A DNA stretch of 64,000 nucleotides from Actinomycetales bacterium (GCA_038330415.1 JBBQNZ010000001.1:16467-80466), one strand, 5' to 3'; shown: positions 22,318 to 36,529, numbered from the stretch's first letter. Numbers and translations are program-made. The notes: generated by a model not told the origin, from the letters alone.

Positions 22318-25265
22318 CCACGCTCGCGTCGGCACCCAGTGCCATGATCGGCACCGTGCCGCCGAGAACCACGACCGAGCTGGTCGGTCGCCACGAGGAG
22401 GTCCACCGCATCCTCGACGCCCTGGGCTGGGCCGACGGGGGCGGCGGGGCCGCCCTCCTCGGTGGCGACGCCGGTATCGGCAAGACCGCGGTGGTCGGGC
22501 ACCTCACCCGGCTCGCCCTCGACCGGCGCACGCTCGTCGGGCACTGCGTCGGCGAGGGCGGCACCAGCCTGCCGTACCTGCCCTTCGTCGAGATGTTCGC
22601 GGCCCTCGACAGCCGCGAGCGCGAACTCGTCGACGAGCTGGTCGCCGACCACCCCGGGCTGGTGCCGCTCGTCCCGCGCGTGGCGTCCGGGGCCCGCGAG
22701 GATGCCGTGCGCGCCGACCTCGTCGAGGCCGTGCACGGCGCCCTCGCGGACCTCGGGCGCCGCGGCCCGCTGCTCGTGGTCGTCGAGGACGTGCACTGGG
22801 CCGACGAGTCGACCCGCGACCTGCTCACCCTGCTGTTCACCCGCGGGCTCACCGACGGCGTGGCCCTGCTCGCCACCTACCGCAGCGACGACGTGCACCG
22901 GCGGCACCCGCTGGCCGGCGCCCTCGCCGTGTGGTCGCGCCTTCCCGGGCTCACCCGGGTCGACCTCGGGCCGCTGCCCGACTCCGACCTGCGTCGCGTG
23001 GTGCGCCGCGCCGGCGTGGGCCTCGACGACGACGCCGTCGAGCTCGTCGCGCGACGCGCCGAGGGCAACGCGTTCTTCGCCGAGGAGCTCGCCACGGCCA
23101 CCGGTGACCGCGGTGCCGACCCCGCCGACCTCGCGCGCCTGCTGCTCACCCGGGTCGACCGGCTCGACGACACGGCGCAGGCCGTCGTGCGGGTCGCCGC
23201 CGTCATCGGCCGCCGGGTGCCGCACGCCCTGCTCGACACAGTGGCCGGTGTCGATGCCGTCACGCTGGGCGGTGCGCTGCGGGCCGCCGTCGAGCACCAC
23301 GTGCTCGAGCCGTGGGGTGAGCAGGGTTACGAGTTCCGCCACGCCCTGCTCGCCGAGGCGGTCAGCGACGACCTGCTGCCCGCCGAGCGCCTCCAGCTGC
23401 ACCGCGCCTGCGTCGAGGCCCTGCGTGCCGACCCGACGCTCGGAACCTCGGCCGACCTCGCGCGCCACGCCCTGGCGGCCGGTGACCGGGCCGCGGCCCT
23501 GCAGGCCTCGGTCCTCGCCGGTGACGCCGCCCAGCGGATGGGCGGCCCGGCCGAGGCGCTCGCCCACTACGAGATGGCGCTCACCCTGGCCGACGTCGTG
23601 GGACCCCGCGCGGGCGGTGCCGGCGAGGCGGGTGACGGCGCCGACCCGGCATCCGGGCACGCCCTCACCCTGCGCGCGGTCGGGGCCGCCATCGGCAGCG
23701 GACGCACCGGCCGGGCGATGGCCCTGCTGCGCGCTCGGCTCGAGACCGACCTGCCCACCGACCACGAGCGGGCCGAGCTGCTCGGCGCCCTGGCCTTCGC
23801 GGCCCGGCTCACCGAGGAGCGCATCGACACGCTCGCCCTCACCGACGAGGCGCTGCGGCTGCTGGCCCCGGGCGCCCCGGTGGGCCTACGCGTGGGGCTG
23901 CTCGCGCGGCGCGCCGAGGCCCTGATGGACAGCGGGGCGGAACCGGAGGCACTCGAGGTCGCCGACGAGGCGATGGCGCTGGCGGTGGAGCACGACCTGG
24001 CCGTCGACCGCACCGACCTCGCCTCCATCCTCGCCCGGCTCAGCGAGACCTCCGGCGACCCGCGCGAGTCGATCCGCCGGCTCGAGGGGGCGGTGGCGGC
24101 GTGGACCCGCGAGCCCGACCTCGCGCTGCTGCGCGCCATGGACATCCTGGCCTCGGTGCACTTCCGCCAGGGTGACCACGAGGCGGCGCTGGCGGCGTAT
24201 GAGCGCACCGTGGCCGAGGCCCGGCGGGCCGGCCTGGAGTGGTCGGTCTACGGGGTCGACGCCCGGGCCATGGTGGTGACGACCGCCTACGAGATGGGCG
24301 AGTGGGACCGCGCCGCTGGCGCGGCCGAGCACGACATCGAGACGGGGATGCCGGCCTGGGCGGCCGCCAGCATCGACGCCGCCGCCGGGGGGCTGCTCGC
24401 GGCACGGGGGCAGCTGAGCGCCACCGATCTGCTCGCCGCCACCCGCCCGTGGTGGGTCGACGACGGGCGCACGGCGGTGCAGTCCGGGATCGCCGCGGTC
24501 GACCTCCTCGGTAGTGGCGGCGACGTCGACCGGATGCTCGCCGTGCACGACGAGGTCGTCGACTTCCTGCGCGGCCTCTGGGGTCGGGGCCAGGTGGCGG
24601 TCGAGGTGCGGCTGGCCGCCCTCGCCATGGGCCACCTCGCCACGGCGCTGCGCTCCCGCCCGCCGGCAGGTCGCCGCGACCTCCTGGCGCAGGTCGACCG
24701 GCTGTGGCTGCAGGCCCAGGAGGTGTGGGGCGAGGGTTCGCTGCTGCACCCGCCGCTGCTGGAGGGCCGGGCGTGGCAGGTGCGGGCGCAGGCAGAGCAC
24801 CAGCGGGCGCGCTGGGCCGGAGGCGACGACGTGCCCCTCGACGGGCTCGTGGCCCGCTGGCGCGAGGTGGTCGACCGGTTCGAGCAGTACGGCGAGCGCT
24901 ACGAGGCGTCGCGCGGCCGGTGGCGCCTCGCCGAGGTGCTCGTCGCAGCCGGTGACCCGAGCGCCGTCCACGAGCTGCGGCTCGCCCGCGAGACGGCGCA
25001 GGCGCTCGGCGCCCGGCCACTGCTCGCGGCCCTCGAGCACCTGGCTCCGCGGAACGAGCGGGCTCCCGGCACGCTCACCGCCCGCGAGGCCGAGGTGCTG
25101 GGCCTGCTCGCGGAGGGCAGGTCCAACGGCGAGATCGGCCGGGCCCTGTTCATCAGCACCAAGACGGCCAGCGTGCACGTGTCCAACATCCTGGCCAAGC
25201 TCGGCGCGGCGTCGCGCGGTGAGGCCGTCGCGGTCGCGAGGGCCGGCGGCCTCCTCGACGAATGA
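22314..25265 (+). CDS. Large ATP-binding LuxR-family (LAL) transcriptional regulator
   Basis: N-terminal AAA/NTPase with Walker A GDAGIGKT, a long helical/TPR-like middle, and a C-terminal LuxR HTH (LTAREAEVLGLLAEGRSNGEIGRALFISTKTASVHVSNILAKLG). The start could instead be ATG 22344. Confidence 0.85.
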   Translation: MTTLASAPSAMIGTVPPRTTTELVGRHEEVHRILDALGWADGGGGAALLGGDAGIGKTAVVGHLTRLALDRRTLVGHCVGEGGTSLPYLPFVEMFAALDSRERELVDELVADHPGLVPLVPRVASGAREDAVRADLVEAVHGALADLGRRGPLLVVVEDVHWADESTRDLLTLLFTRGLTDGVALLATYRSDDVHRRHPLAGALAVWSRLPGLTRVDLGPLPDSDLRRVVRRAGVGLDDDAVELVARRAEGNAFFAEELATATGDRGADPADLARLLLTRVDRLDDTAQAVVRVAAVIGRRVPHALLDTVAGVDAVTLGGALRAAVEHHVLEPWGEQGYEFRHALLAEAVSDDLLPAERLQLHRACVEALRADPTLGTSADLARHALAAGDRAAALQASVLAGDAAQRMGGPAEALAHYEMALTLADVVGPRAGGAGEAGDGADPASGHALTLRAVGAAIGSGRTGRAMALLRARLETDLPTDHERAELLGALAFAARLTEERIDTLALTDEALRLLAPGAPVGLRVGLLARRAEALMDSGAEPEALEVADEAMALAVEHDLAVDRTDLASILARLSETSGDPRESIRRLEGAVAAWTREPDLALLRAMDILASVHFRQGDHEAALAAYERTVAEARRAGLEWSVYGVDARAMVVTTAYEMGEWDRAAGAAEHDIETGMPAWAAASIDAAAGGLLAARGQLSATDLLAATRPWWVDDGRTAVQSGIAAVDLLGSGGDVDRMLAVHDEVVDFLRGLWGRGQVAVEVRLAALAMGHLATALRSRPPAGRRDLLAQVDRLWLQAQEVWGEGSLLHPPLLEGRAWQVRAQAEHQRARWAGGDDVPLDGLVARWREVVDRFEQYGERYEASRGRWRLAEVLVAAGDPSAVHELRLARETAQALGARPLLAALEHLAPRNERAPGTLTAREAEVLGLLAEGRSNGEIGRALFISTKTASVHVSNILAKLGAASRGEAVAVARAGGLLDE

Positions 25266-25287
25266 GCCCTGACCTTGTAGGGCAGAA

Positions 25288-25306
25288 GCCGCCCGAACCG
25301 GGCGGC
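25288..25306. terminator. GC-rich hairpin between convergent LAL regulator and ctaA
   Basis: GCCGCCCG-AAC-CGGGCGGC, a perfect 8-bp stem with no U-tract. Confidence 0.35.
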
Positions 25307-25332
25307 CTGCGGCGTGTTGCGCGGCCGTTCCC

Positions 25333-26274
25333 CTACGAGGTCGGGGAGGGGTCGAGGCGGCGCAGGGCGAGGATGCCGTTGGTGAGCGCCACCACGAGCA
25401 GGCTGGCCCCGAGCATGTGGGCGATGACGAGCGCCTCGGGCAGGTTCGTGAAGTACTGCACGTAGCCGATCAGCCCCTGCGCGAGCGCGACGCCGAGCAC
25501 CACGAGCCAGGCCCGGGCCGGGCCGGGCTCGTCGTCTACCGCGGTGAGCCGCGCGGCCAGCCAGGTGGCGACGACCAGCCCGATGAAGATCATCACGAGG
25601 TCGGCGTGCAGCCACGAGACGGTGCGCGGGTCGAAGCCGAAGCGGTTCGGCTCGTCGGCGTCGCCGGAGTGCGGGCCGGAGCCGGTGACCACCGTGCCGA
25701 GCACCAGCACGGCGCCGCCGACCACCACGCTGACCCACGCGAGGCGGGTCACCAGGGGCGCGACGAGCGGGCGTGGCGGTCCGGCGGCCTCGTGGCGGGC
25801 GAACCAGAGGTAGGACGACACGGCCACCAGGCCCATCGACACCAGGAAGTGCGCGGCCACGATGGCCGGGTTGAGCCCCAGCAGCACGGTGACCCCGCCG
25901 AGCAGCGCCTGACCCAGCACGCCGACCAGCACCAGGCCCGCACCGACCTTCATCGGGCGCCGCGGAGCCCACCGCCACACGGCCAGCACGGTCGCGACCG
26001 CGAGTACGAGGAGCACGCCGGTCAGGGTGCGGTTGCCGAACTCGATGTACTTGTGGAAGCCCTCGGCCTGCTCGACGGTGGGGGTGATCGAGCCGTCGGT
26101 GCACTCGGGCCAGGTGGGGCAGCCGAGGCCGCTGCCGGTGACCCGCACCAGGCCGCCGGTCACGACGATGCCGACCTCGGCCACCAGGTTGGCCAGGAGG
26201 ATCGGGGCCAGCCAGCGGGAGCCGGGGCGCGGCGCCGCTTCGGGCGCGGGGGTGGTGGTGCTCGTACTCGTCAC
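25333..26274 (-). CDS. ctaA: Heme A synthase (COX15/CtaA family)
   Basis: 313 aa polytopic membrane protein with the CPTWPEC motif and conserved His in TM segments. Confidence 0.88.
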   Translation of the reverse strand: MTSTSTTTPAPEAAPRPGSRWLAPILLANLVAEVGIVVTGGLVRVTGSGLGCPTWPECTDGSITPTVEQAEGFHKYIEFGNRTLTGVLLVLAVATVLAVWRWAPRRPMKVGAGLVLVGVLGQALLGGVTVLLGLNPAIVAAHFLVSMGLVAVSSYLWFARHEAAGPPRPLVAPLVTRLAWVSVVVGGAVLVLGTVVTGSGPHSGDADEPNRFGFDPRTVSWLHADLVMIFIGLVVATWLAARLTAVDDEPGPARAWLVVLGVALAQGLIGYVQYFTNLPEALVIAHMLGASLLVVALTNGILALRRLDPSPTS

Positions 26275-26319
26275 GGCACAAGGTTACGGCGGCCCCGAGG
26301 GTGCCCTGTGCAGGGTTGG

Positions 26320-27080
26320 TCAGTCGCCCCAGCGGAAGAACCGGCGGGCGAGGACACCGCCGGCCAGGCCCCACACCACCAGCACGGCCCACTGCGCCCA
26401 CGGCCACCCGCCGGCGACGACGGCGGTGCGCATCGCGTCGCCCAGCGCACCGGAGGGCAGCAGCGCGGCCACGGTGCCCAGCGCCCCGGGCAGGAGGGCG
26501 GTGGGCAACAGCACCCCGAGCCCGAGCAGCACCACCCAGACCAGGTTGGCGATCGCGAGCACGGCCTCGGCCCGCACGGTGCCGGCGAGCAGCAGCGCCA
26601 GGGCCACGAACGCGGCGCTCCCGAGCAGCACCGTCACGAGCATGGGCAGGATGCCGCCCGCCTCCGGCCGCGCCCCGAGCGCGACTCCCAGCGCCCCGAG
26701 CACGACGACCTGCACGGCCAGCACCGAGAGCACCGCCAGGCACTTGGCGGCGAGCAGCCCTCCGCGTCCGAGGGGGGTGGTGCCGAGCAGGCGCAGCACC
26801 CCGGCGCGTCGGTCGAACCCGGTGGAGATCGCCTGCCCGGTGAATGCGGTGGAGACGACGGCCAGCGCCAGTGCCCCGGCGAGCGCGACGTCGGCGCGGG
26901 GTTCGGGTCCGAGGTCGGGCACCGAGGCCAGGGCGAGCCCGACCAGGGCCAGCGCGGGCAGCACCACCGAGACGAGCAGCTGCTCGCCGTTCGCGAGCAG
27001 GGCCCGCGTCTCGAACGACGCCCGCGAGAGCACCCGCTGCCGAGCGGCGGCCGCCGCCGGACGGTCCGGAGCCACCGCGC

Positions 27081-27084
<4 letters not shown>
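26320..27084 (-). CDS. ABC-2 type transporter permease
   Basis: About 254 aa with six hydrophobic segments. ATG overlaps the stop of the upstream ATPase gene (ATGA). The rest of the 648-aa ORF is read-through. Confidence 0.8.
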
Positions 27085-27791
<707 letters not shown>

Positions 27792-27816
27792 GGCTCGACA
27801 TCCTAGGCTGGCGCCC

Positions 27817-28488
27817 ATGCCCCGCATCGACAGGGAGGCCGCGCCCGCCACCATGGTGGCCGCCGCGCCAGCCGCCCTTGCCCTCCTGCTCGGCCGACCG
27901 CGGACGGCGGCCGTGCTCGGCCTCCTCCCGGTCGCCGTGGCCGCCTTCTTCCGCGACCCCGAGCGCACCCCCGACCACGCCGCCGTGCCGGTCGACGACG
28001 TGCTCTCCCCGGCCGACGGCAAGGTGATGCACGCGGGCGCCGCCGTCGAGGGGCTGGCCCCCGAGGGGGAGTGGCAGCAGGTCAGCATCTTCCTGTCCGC
28101 CTTCGACGTGCACATCAACCGGGCTCCGTACGGCGGCCGGGTCGTCGAGGTGCAACAGCGGCCCGGTCAGTGGCTGGCGGCGTACAAGCACGAGAGCGCC
28201 CACCTCAACGAGCGCAGCGACATCACCGTCGAGCGGCAGGTCGGCGACGAGCTGCGCCGGGTGCACTTCCGGCAGATCGTCGGCCTGATGGCCCGTCGGG
28301 TGGTCACCCGGGTCTCCGAGACCGACGAGCTCACCACCGGCCAGCGGGTGGGGCTGATGAAGTTCGGCTCGCGGATGGACGTGTTCGTGCCGCCCGAGTG
28401 CGACCTGCTCGTCGCCACCGGTGATCGGGTCGTCGCCGGCGAGACCGTGATCGCCCGGTGGGCGCGCCCGGTCCGGGTGACCGGGTGA
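27817..28488 (+). CDS. psd: Phosphatidylserine decarboxylase (short, archaetidylserine-decarboxylase-like form)
   Basis: 223 aa. Self-cleavage context KFGSRMDVF, plus FLSAFDVHINRAPYGG. ATG 27817. Confidence 0.85.
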   Translation: MPRIDREAAPATMVAAAPAALALLLGRPRTAAVLGLLPVAVAAFFRDPERTPDHAAVPVDDVLSPADGKVMHAGAAVEGLAPEGEWQQVSIFLSAFDVHINRAPYGGRVVEVQQRPGQWLAAYKHESAHLNERSDITVERQVGDELRRVHFRQIVGLMARRVVTRVSETDELTTGQRVGLMKFGSRMDVFVPPECDLLVATGDRVVAGETVIARWARPVRVTG

Positions 28489-29432
28489 CCAGCCCGGCGG
28501 CGCCGGGGCGCCGCCGCATCCTCGACCGCTGGCGGCTGGTGTCGCCGACCGGCGCCCAGGTCGTCAGCCTTCGCCAGCTGCCCAAGCGCGAGCGTGCCCG
28601 GCTGCTCGCGCCGAGCGCCTTCACCACCTTGAACATGATCAGCGGGCTGTCCTCGGTGATGCTCGCCTTCGACGGGCACTTCACCCTGGCCGCCGCGCTC
28701 ATCGCGGTGTCGATCGTCCTTGACATCGCCGACGGTTTCGTGGCCCGGCTGATCGGGGCCACCTCGCCGTTCGGCCTGCAGCTCGACTCACTCGCCGACC
28801 TGATCTCGTTCGGCCTCGCACCGGCAATCCTGGTGCACACCTGGGCGCTCGACGAGTGGCCGATCCTGTCCTGGCTGGCGGCCTTCTTCTGGCTGGCGTG
28901 TGCGGCGTTCCGGCTGGCCCGGTTCAACGTCACCATCGACCCGCTGGCCGACAAGCGCTACTTCGTCGGGCTGCCCTCGCCCGGCGCCGCCGCCGTCGTC
29001 ATGGCGACCATCCTGGCGCTCGACTCGCCGCACTTCGGCCCGGGCACCGGCCCCTGGCAGGCCTGGTTTCCCCTGCTGGTCAGCGTGGTGCCGGCGCTGC
29101 TGATGGTGATGACGGTGCGCTTCCGGTCCTTTCGCAACCTGCTCTCGCCGCAGACCCGCAACGCCCGGCTCACCACCGGGGGCGTCGGCCTCGCCGTCCT
29201 TTCCGGTCTGCTCCTGGCTCCCGGGCTGACCAGCCTCATCGTCGCCTACGGCTACGTGCTCACCGCCCCGCTGGGGGTGCTCACCGCACCGTTGCGCGAG
29301 CGGTGGTTGGGGCCGGAGTCCGTCGCACCACCGCGGCGCCGGATGCCGTCGGTCTTCCTCCCGCTCGACGACGAGGACGATGACGACGACACCGACGCCG
29401 ATCCCGGCTCCGACGAGGGTGTCGAGACTTAG
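28485..29432 (+). CDS. pssA: CDP-diacylglycerol--serine O-phosphatidyltransferase
   Basis: CDP-alcohol phosphatidyltransferase motif DIADGFVARLIGATSPFGLQLDSLAD. GTG overlaps the psd stop (GTGA). Acidic C-terminal tail DDEDDDDDTDAD. Confidence 0.85.
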   Translation: MTSPAAPGRRRILDRWRLVSPTGAQVVSLRQLPKRERARLLAPSAFTTLNMISGLSSVMLAFDGHFTLAAALIAVSIVLDIADGFVARLIGATSPFGLQLDSLADLISFGLAPAILVHTWALDEWPILSWLAAFFWLACAAFRLARFNVTIDPLADKRYFVGLPSPGAAAVVMATILALDSPHFGPGTGPWQAWFPLLVSVVPALLMVMTVRFRSFRNLLSPQTRNARLTTGGVGLAVLSGLLLAPGLTSLIVAYGYVLTAPLGVLTAPLRERWLGPESVAPPRRRMPSVFLPLDDEDDDDDTDADPGSDEGVET

Positions 29433-29439
29433 GACACCC

Positions 29440-29479
29440 TTGCTTGGACACGCCGCCGCCAATTACCTAACATGGGTGT
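29440..29479 (+). promoter_or_regulatory. Candidate sufR/suf operon promoter, possibly giving a leaderless transcript
   Basis: Locally AT-richer. TTGGAC (29444-49), an 18-nt spacer, then TAACAT (29468-73), which ends 6 nt before the sufR GTG. GGACAC direct repeats lie nearby. Confidence 0.3.
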
Positions 29480-30168
29480 GTGGTTAATACCGATGCACAC
29501 GTCCTGGAGTCGCGCACCCGCGACCGGGTGCTGCGCGTCGTCAGCCAGGAGGGGCCGGTCAGCATCACCACCCTCGTCGAGCGGCTCGGCCTCACCGAGA
29601 CCGCCGTCCGCCGCCAGGTCGACACGCTGCACGCCGAGGGGCTGGTCGAGTCCCGCGAGGCCACCGGCCCGCGCCGGCGCGGCCGCCCGGCCAAGTCGTG
29701 GGTGCTCACCGAGCACGGCCACCGCGCCCTGGTCAGCGACTACGACCACCTCGCCGGTGAGGCCCTGCGCTTCCTGAGCGACACCGTCGGTGCCGACGCG
29801 GTGCACCAGTTCGCCGAGCACCGGGTCGCCTCCCTCGAGCAGCGCTACGCCGACCGCATCGACGCCGCCGGTGACGACACCGCCGCCCGGGCCGGCGCCC
29901 TGGTCGACGCGCTCAACGCCGACGGCTACGCGGCATCCGCCCGCCCGGTCGGCCCGGCGGGCGCCGGCCAGCTCACCGGCATCCAGCTCTGCCAGGGCCA
30001 CTGCCCGGTGCAGCACGTCGCGGCCGAGTTCCCCCAGTTCTGCGAGGCCGAGACCGAGGCGTTCTCACGCCTGCTCGGCGTCCACGTCCAGCGCCTGGCC
30101 ACCCTGGCCCACGGCGACCACGTCTGCACCACCTTCGTCCCCACACCGACCACCGAGAGGCCCTCGTC

Positions 30169-30172
<4 letters not shown>
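29480..30172 (+). CDS. sufR: Fe-S cluster assembly transcriptional regulator SufR
   Basis: N-terminal winged HTH ([30 protein letters not shown]). C-terminal Cys cluster [18 protein letters not shown]. Immediately upstream of, and overlapping, sufB. Confidence 0.8.
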
Positions 30173-31589
<1,417 letters not shown>

Positions 31590-31590
<1 letters not shown>

Positions 31591-32768
31591 TGTCGCTGCT
31601 GACCCCCCAGCGCCCCACTGCGGGCGCGCACACCGACAGCGCCGCGACGATGGTGCCGAACCAGTCGCGTGCCGAGCGCACGACGTCCTACGCCGTCGCC
31701 GACTTCCCGCTGCCCACCGGGCGCGAGGAGGAATGGCGGTTCACCCCGGTCGACCGCCTCGGGGCGCTGTTCCACGACGAGGCCACCGGTGGCCGCCTCG
31801 ACCTCACGCACGACCTCCCCGACGGCGTCACCTTGTCGACGGTGAGCGTCGACGAGTGGCGCGCCAGCGCGGCGCCCGCCCCGGGTGACCGGGCCGCCGC
31901 CGTCGCCGGCGCGCACAGTGACGGCGCGCTCGTGCTCGACGTCCCCGCCGACGCCGAGCTCGACGAGCCGATCCGCATCCGGCTCGCCGGCACCCGGCAC
32001 GAGGTCGTGCACGGCCTGCTGCTCGTGCGGGTCGGCCGGTTCGCTCGCGCCACGGTCGTGCTCGAGCACTCCGGCACCTCCGAGTACGGCGAGGTCGTCT
32101 CGGTCGTCGCCGGCGACGGCGCGCAAGTGACCCTGGTGACCGTGCAGGAGTGGGACGACGACGCCCACCACCTGGCCCAGCACGACCTGGTCATCGGCCG
32201 CGACGCCGCGGTGCGGCACATCGCCGTGTCGATCGGCGGCGGCATCGTCCGGTTCAACACCAACGCCACCTACGCCGGCCCCGGCGGCTCGTTCGAGGGC
32301 CTCGGTGTCTACTTCGCGGATGCCGGGCAGCACCTCGAGCACCGCCTCTTCGTCGACCACGGCGCACCGCAGTGCCGCTCCAACGTCGAGTACAAGGGCG
32401 CGCTGCAGGGCGACACCGCACACACCGTGTGGGTCGGCGACGTGCTGATCCGCGCCAGTGCCGAGGGCACCGACACCTACGAGCTCAACCGCAACCTGGT
32501 GCTCACCGAGGGTGCCCGGGCCGACTCGGTGCCCAACCTCGAGATCGAGACCGGCGAGATCAAGGGTGCCGGGCACGCCTCTGCCACAGGCCGGTTCGAC
32601 GACCAGCAGCTGTTCTACCTGATGGCGCGCGGCATCCCAGAAGACGAGGCGCGCCGCCTCGTCGTGCGTGGGTTCTTCGCCAGCGTGGTCGGGCGCATCG
32701 GCGTCCCCGAGGTTCAGGACCGCCTGATGCTGGCCATCGAGCGTGAGCTCGCGGGCGGTGCTGCATGA
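31590..32768 (+). CDS. sufD: Fe-S cluster assembly protein SufD
   Basis: ATG overlaps the sufB stop. SufD-like C-terminal beta-helix region (GAGHASATGRFDDQQLFYLMARGI). Confidence 0.92.
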
Positions 32769-33106
32769 GCGAGCAGCTGACCGACACCGGTTTCGTGCGG
32801 GTATGCCGGCTCGACGAGCTGCCCGCCGAGGGCCCGGTTCTCGCCGAGATCGAAGGCAGGCGGGTGACGTTGGTGCGCACCGACGACGGCGTCCTGCGCT
32901 GCGTCGACGACACCTGCACCCACGCCAACGTCTCGCTGGCCGAGGGCGAGCTCGACGACTGCACCCTCGAGTGCTGGCTGCACGGCTCGCGCTTCGACCT
33001 GCGCACCGGCGAGCCCTCCGGCCCACCGGCCATCGTCCCCATCGCCGTCCACACCGTCCGCATCGAGGGCGACGAGGTCTTCGTCGCCCTGTCAGAGGAG
33101 AGCTGA
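32765..33106 (+). CDS. Rieske-type [2Fe-2S] ferredoxin embedded in the suf operon
   Basis: 113 aa with CTHANVSL and CWLHGSRF Rieske motifs. ATGA overlap with sufD. Confidence 0.85.
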   Translation: MSEQLTDTGFVRVCRLDELPAEGPVLAEIEGRRVTLVRTDDGVLRCVDDTCTHANVSLAEGELDDCTLECWLHGSRFDLRTGEPSGPPAIVPIAVHTVRIEGDEVFVALSEES

Positions 33107-33113
33107 GCACTGC

Positions 33114-35174
<2,061 letters not shown>

Positions 35175-35175
<1 letters not shown>

Positions 35176-35615
35176 TGGACCTCTACCAGGAGCTCATCCT
35201 CGAGCACTACAAGCGCCCCGTGCGCGCCGGCCTGCGCGACCCGTTCGAGGCCGAGGTGCACCACGTCAACCCCACCTGTGGCGACGAGGTCACCCTGCGC
35301 GTGCACATCACCGGCGCGGGCGACGACGCCGTCGTCGAAGACGTGTCGTACGACGCGATGGGCTGCTCGATCAGCGTAGCCTCGGCGTCGATCCTCGCCG
35401 AGGAGATCACCGGCGAGTCCGTCGCCCACGCGCGCGAGACGGTCGAGGCGATGCGCTCGATGCTCACCAGCCGGGGCGAGGACCCCGGCGACGAGGAGCA
35501 GATCGGCGACGGCGTCGCCCTCTCCGGAGTCGCGAAGTACCCCGCCCGCGTGAAATGCGCCCTCCTGTCCTGGATGGCCTTCACCGATGCCCTGCACCAG
35601 GCCGAAGGAGCTTAA
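35175..35615 (+). CDS. sufU: Fe-S cluster assembly sulfur-transfer protein SufU
   Basis: Starts MDLYQELILEHYKRP. Motifs NPTCGDEV and GCSISVASAS. ATG overlaps the sufS stop. Confidence 0.92.
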
Positions 35616-35618
35616 GGC

Positions 35619-35945
35619 ATGACCGAGACCACCACTCCTGCAAACGTTGCTGACGTCGAGGAGGCCCTGCGCGACGTCGTCGACCCCGAGCTCGGCATCA
35701 ACGTCGTCGACCTGGGCCTCGTCTACGGCATCACCGTCGACGGCCAGAACCACGCCGTCATCGACATGACCCTCACCTCGGCGGCCTGCCCGCTCACCGA
35801 TGTCATCGAGGACCAGACCGAGCAGTCGCTCGAGGGCCTGGTCGCCTCGTACCGGGTCAACTGGGTCTGGATGCCGCCGTGGGGCCCCGACAAGATCACC
35901 GACGACGGTCGCGAGCAGTTGCGCGCCCTCGGCTTCAACATCTGA
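35619..35945 (+). CDS. sufT: Fe-S cluster assembly factor SufT (DUF59)
   Basis: 108 aa. DUF59 motifs VVDPELGINVVDLGLVY and LTSAACPL. Confidence 0.88.
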   Translation: MTETTTPANVADVEEALRDVVDPELGINVVDLGLVYGITVDGQNHAVIDMTLTSAACPLTDVIEDQTEQSLEGLVASYRVNWVWMPPWGPDKITDDGREQLRALGFNI

Positions 35946-35958
35946 TCCGCAGCCCCTC

Positions 35959-36483
35959 GTGACCCAGCGCGTCGTCGAGGTCGCGCCCGCGCGGCTCGAC
36001 GGCTGGCTGGAACGCTTCGCCGCGAACAACCCCGACGGCCCCCAGCGGGTCGTCGGGGTCGCGCGTTTCGACCACGACCCGCTCGCCGTGGTCCTGGTGC
36101 GCCGAGGCGGGTATGCCGTGGGGGTCGGCTCGGGCGACCGGCTCACCGCCCACAAGGTCGGCAGCCGCTACGTGCAGTCGCGCACCGCGGCCGGTGGCTG
36201 GAGCCAGCAGCGCTTCGCCCGCCGCCGCGCCAACCAGGCCGACGGCTTGGTCAGCGCCGCGGTGGAGCACGCGGTACGGCTGCTCACCGGCATCCGCCCC
36301 GGGGGTGCCGTGCTCGGTGGCGACAAGGCACTCGTGGCGAGCCTGCTCGAGGACCCGCGGCTGGCCGGCATCCGTGACCTGCCGCGCCGCGAGCTCTACG
36401 ATCTGCCCGACCCGCGCCTCGACGTGCTCGAACGCGCTCTGGAACGCGGTCGCGCGGTGCGGGTCACCATCGACGAGCCCTGA
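35959..36483 (+). CDS. acVLRF1-family (Vms1/ANKZF1-like) putative peptidyl-tRNA hydrolase
   Basis: 174 aa. GTG 13 nt after the sufT stop. Hallmark block KVGSRYVQSRTAAGGWSQQRFARRRANQ contains a GxxQ-type glutamine loop. Family recognised from memory of the NCBI acVLRF1 model. Confidence 0.7.
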   Translation: MTQRVVEVAPARLDGWLERFAANNPDGPQRVVGVARFDHDPLAVVLVRRGGYAVGVGSGDRLTAHKVGSRYVQSRTAAGGWSQQRFARRRANQADGLVSAAVEHAVRLLTGIRPGGAVLGGDKALVASLLEDPRLAGIRDLPRRELYDLPDPRLDVLERALERGRAVRVTIDEP

Positions 36484-36529
36484 CGGCCTCGCTCGAAGCA
36501 GATCGTCTGCCACGCCTTGACCTGCTTGG

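Noticed and set aside
22072-22344. Possibility that the 81-aa ORF is a frameshifted N-terminal part of the LAL regulator (pseudogene or sequencing error).
   Set aside because: The LAL protein already begins with the family-typical ELVGR...Walker A N-terminus. The small ORF has its own strong SD and a clean GTGA junction.
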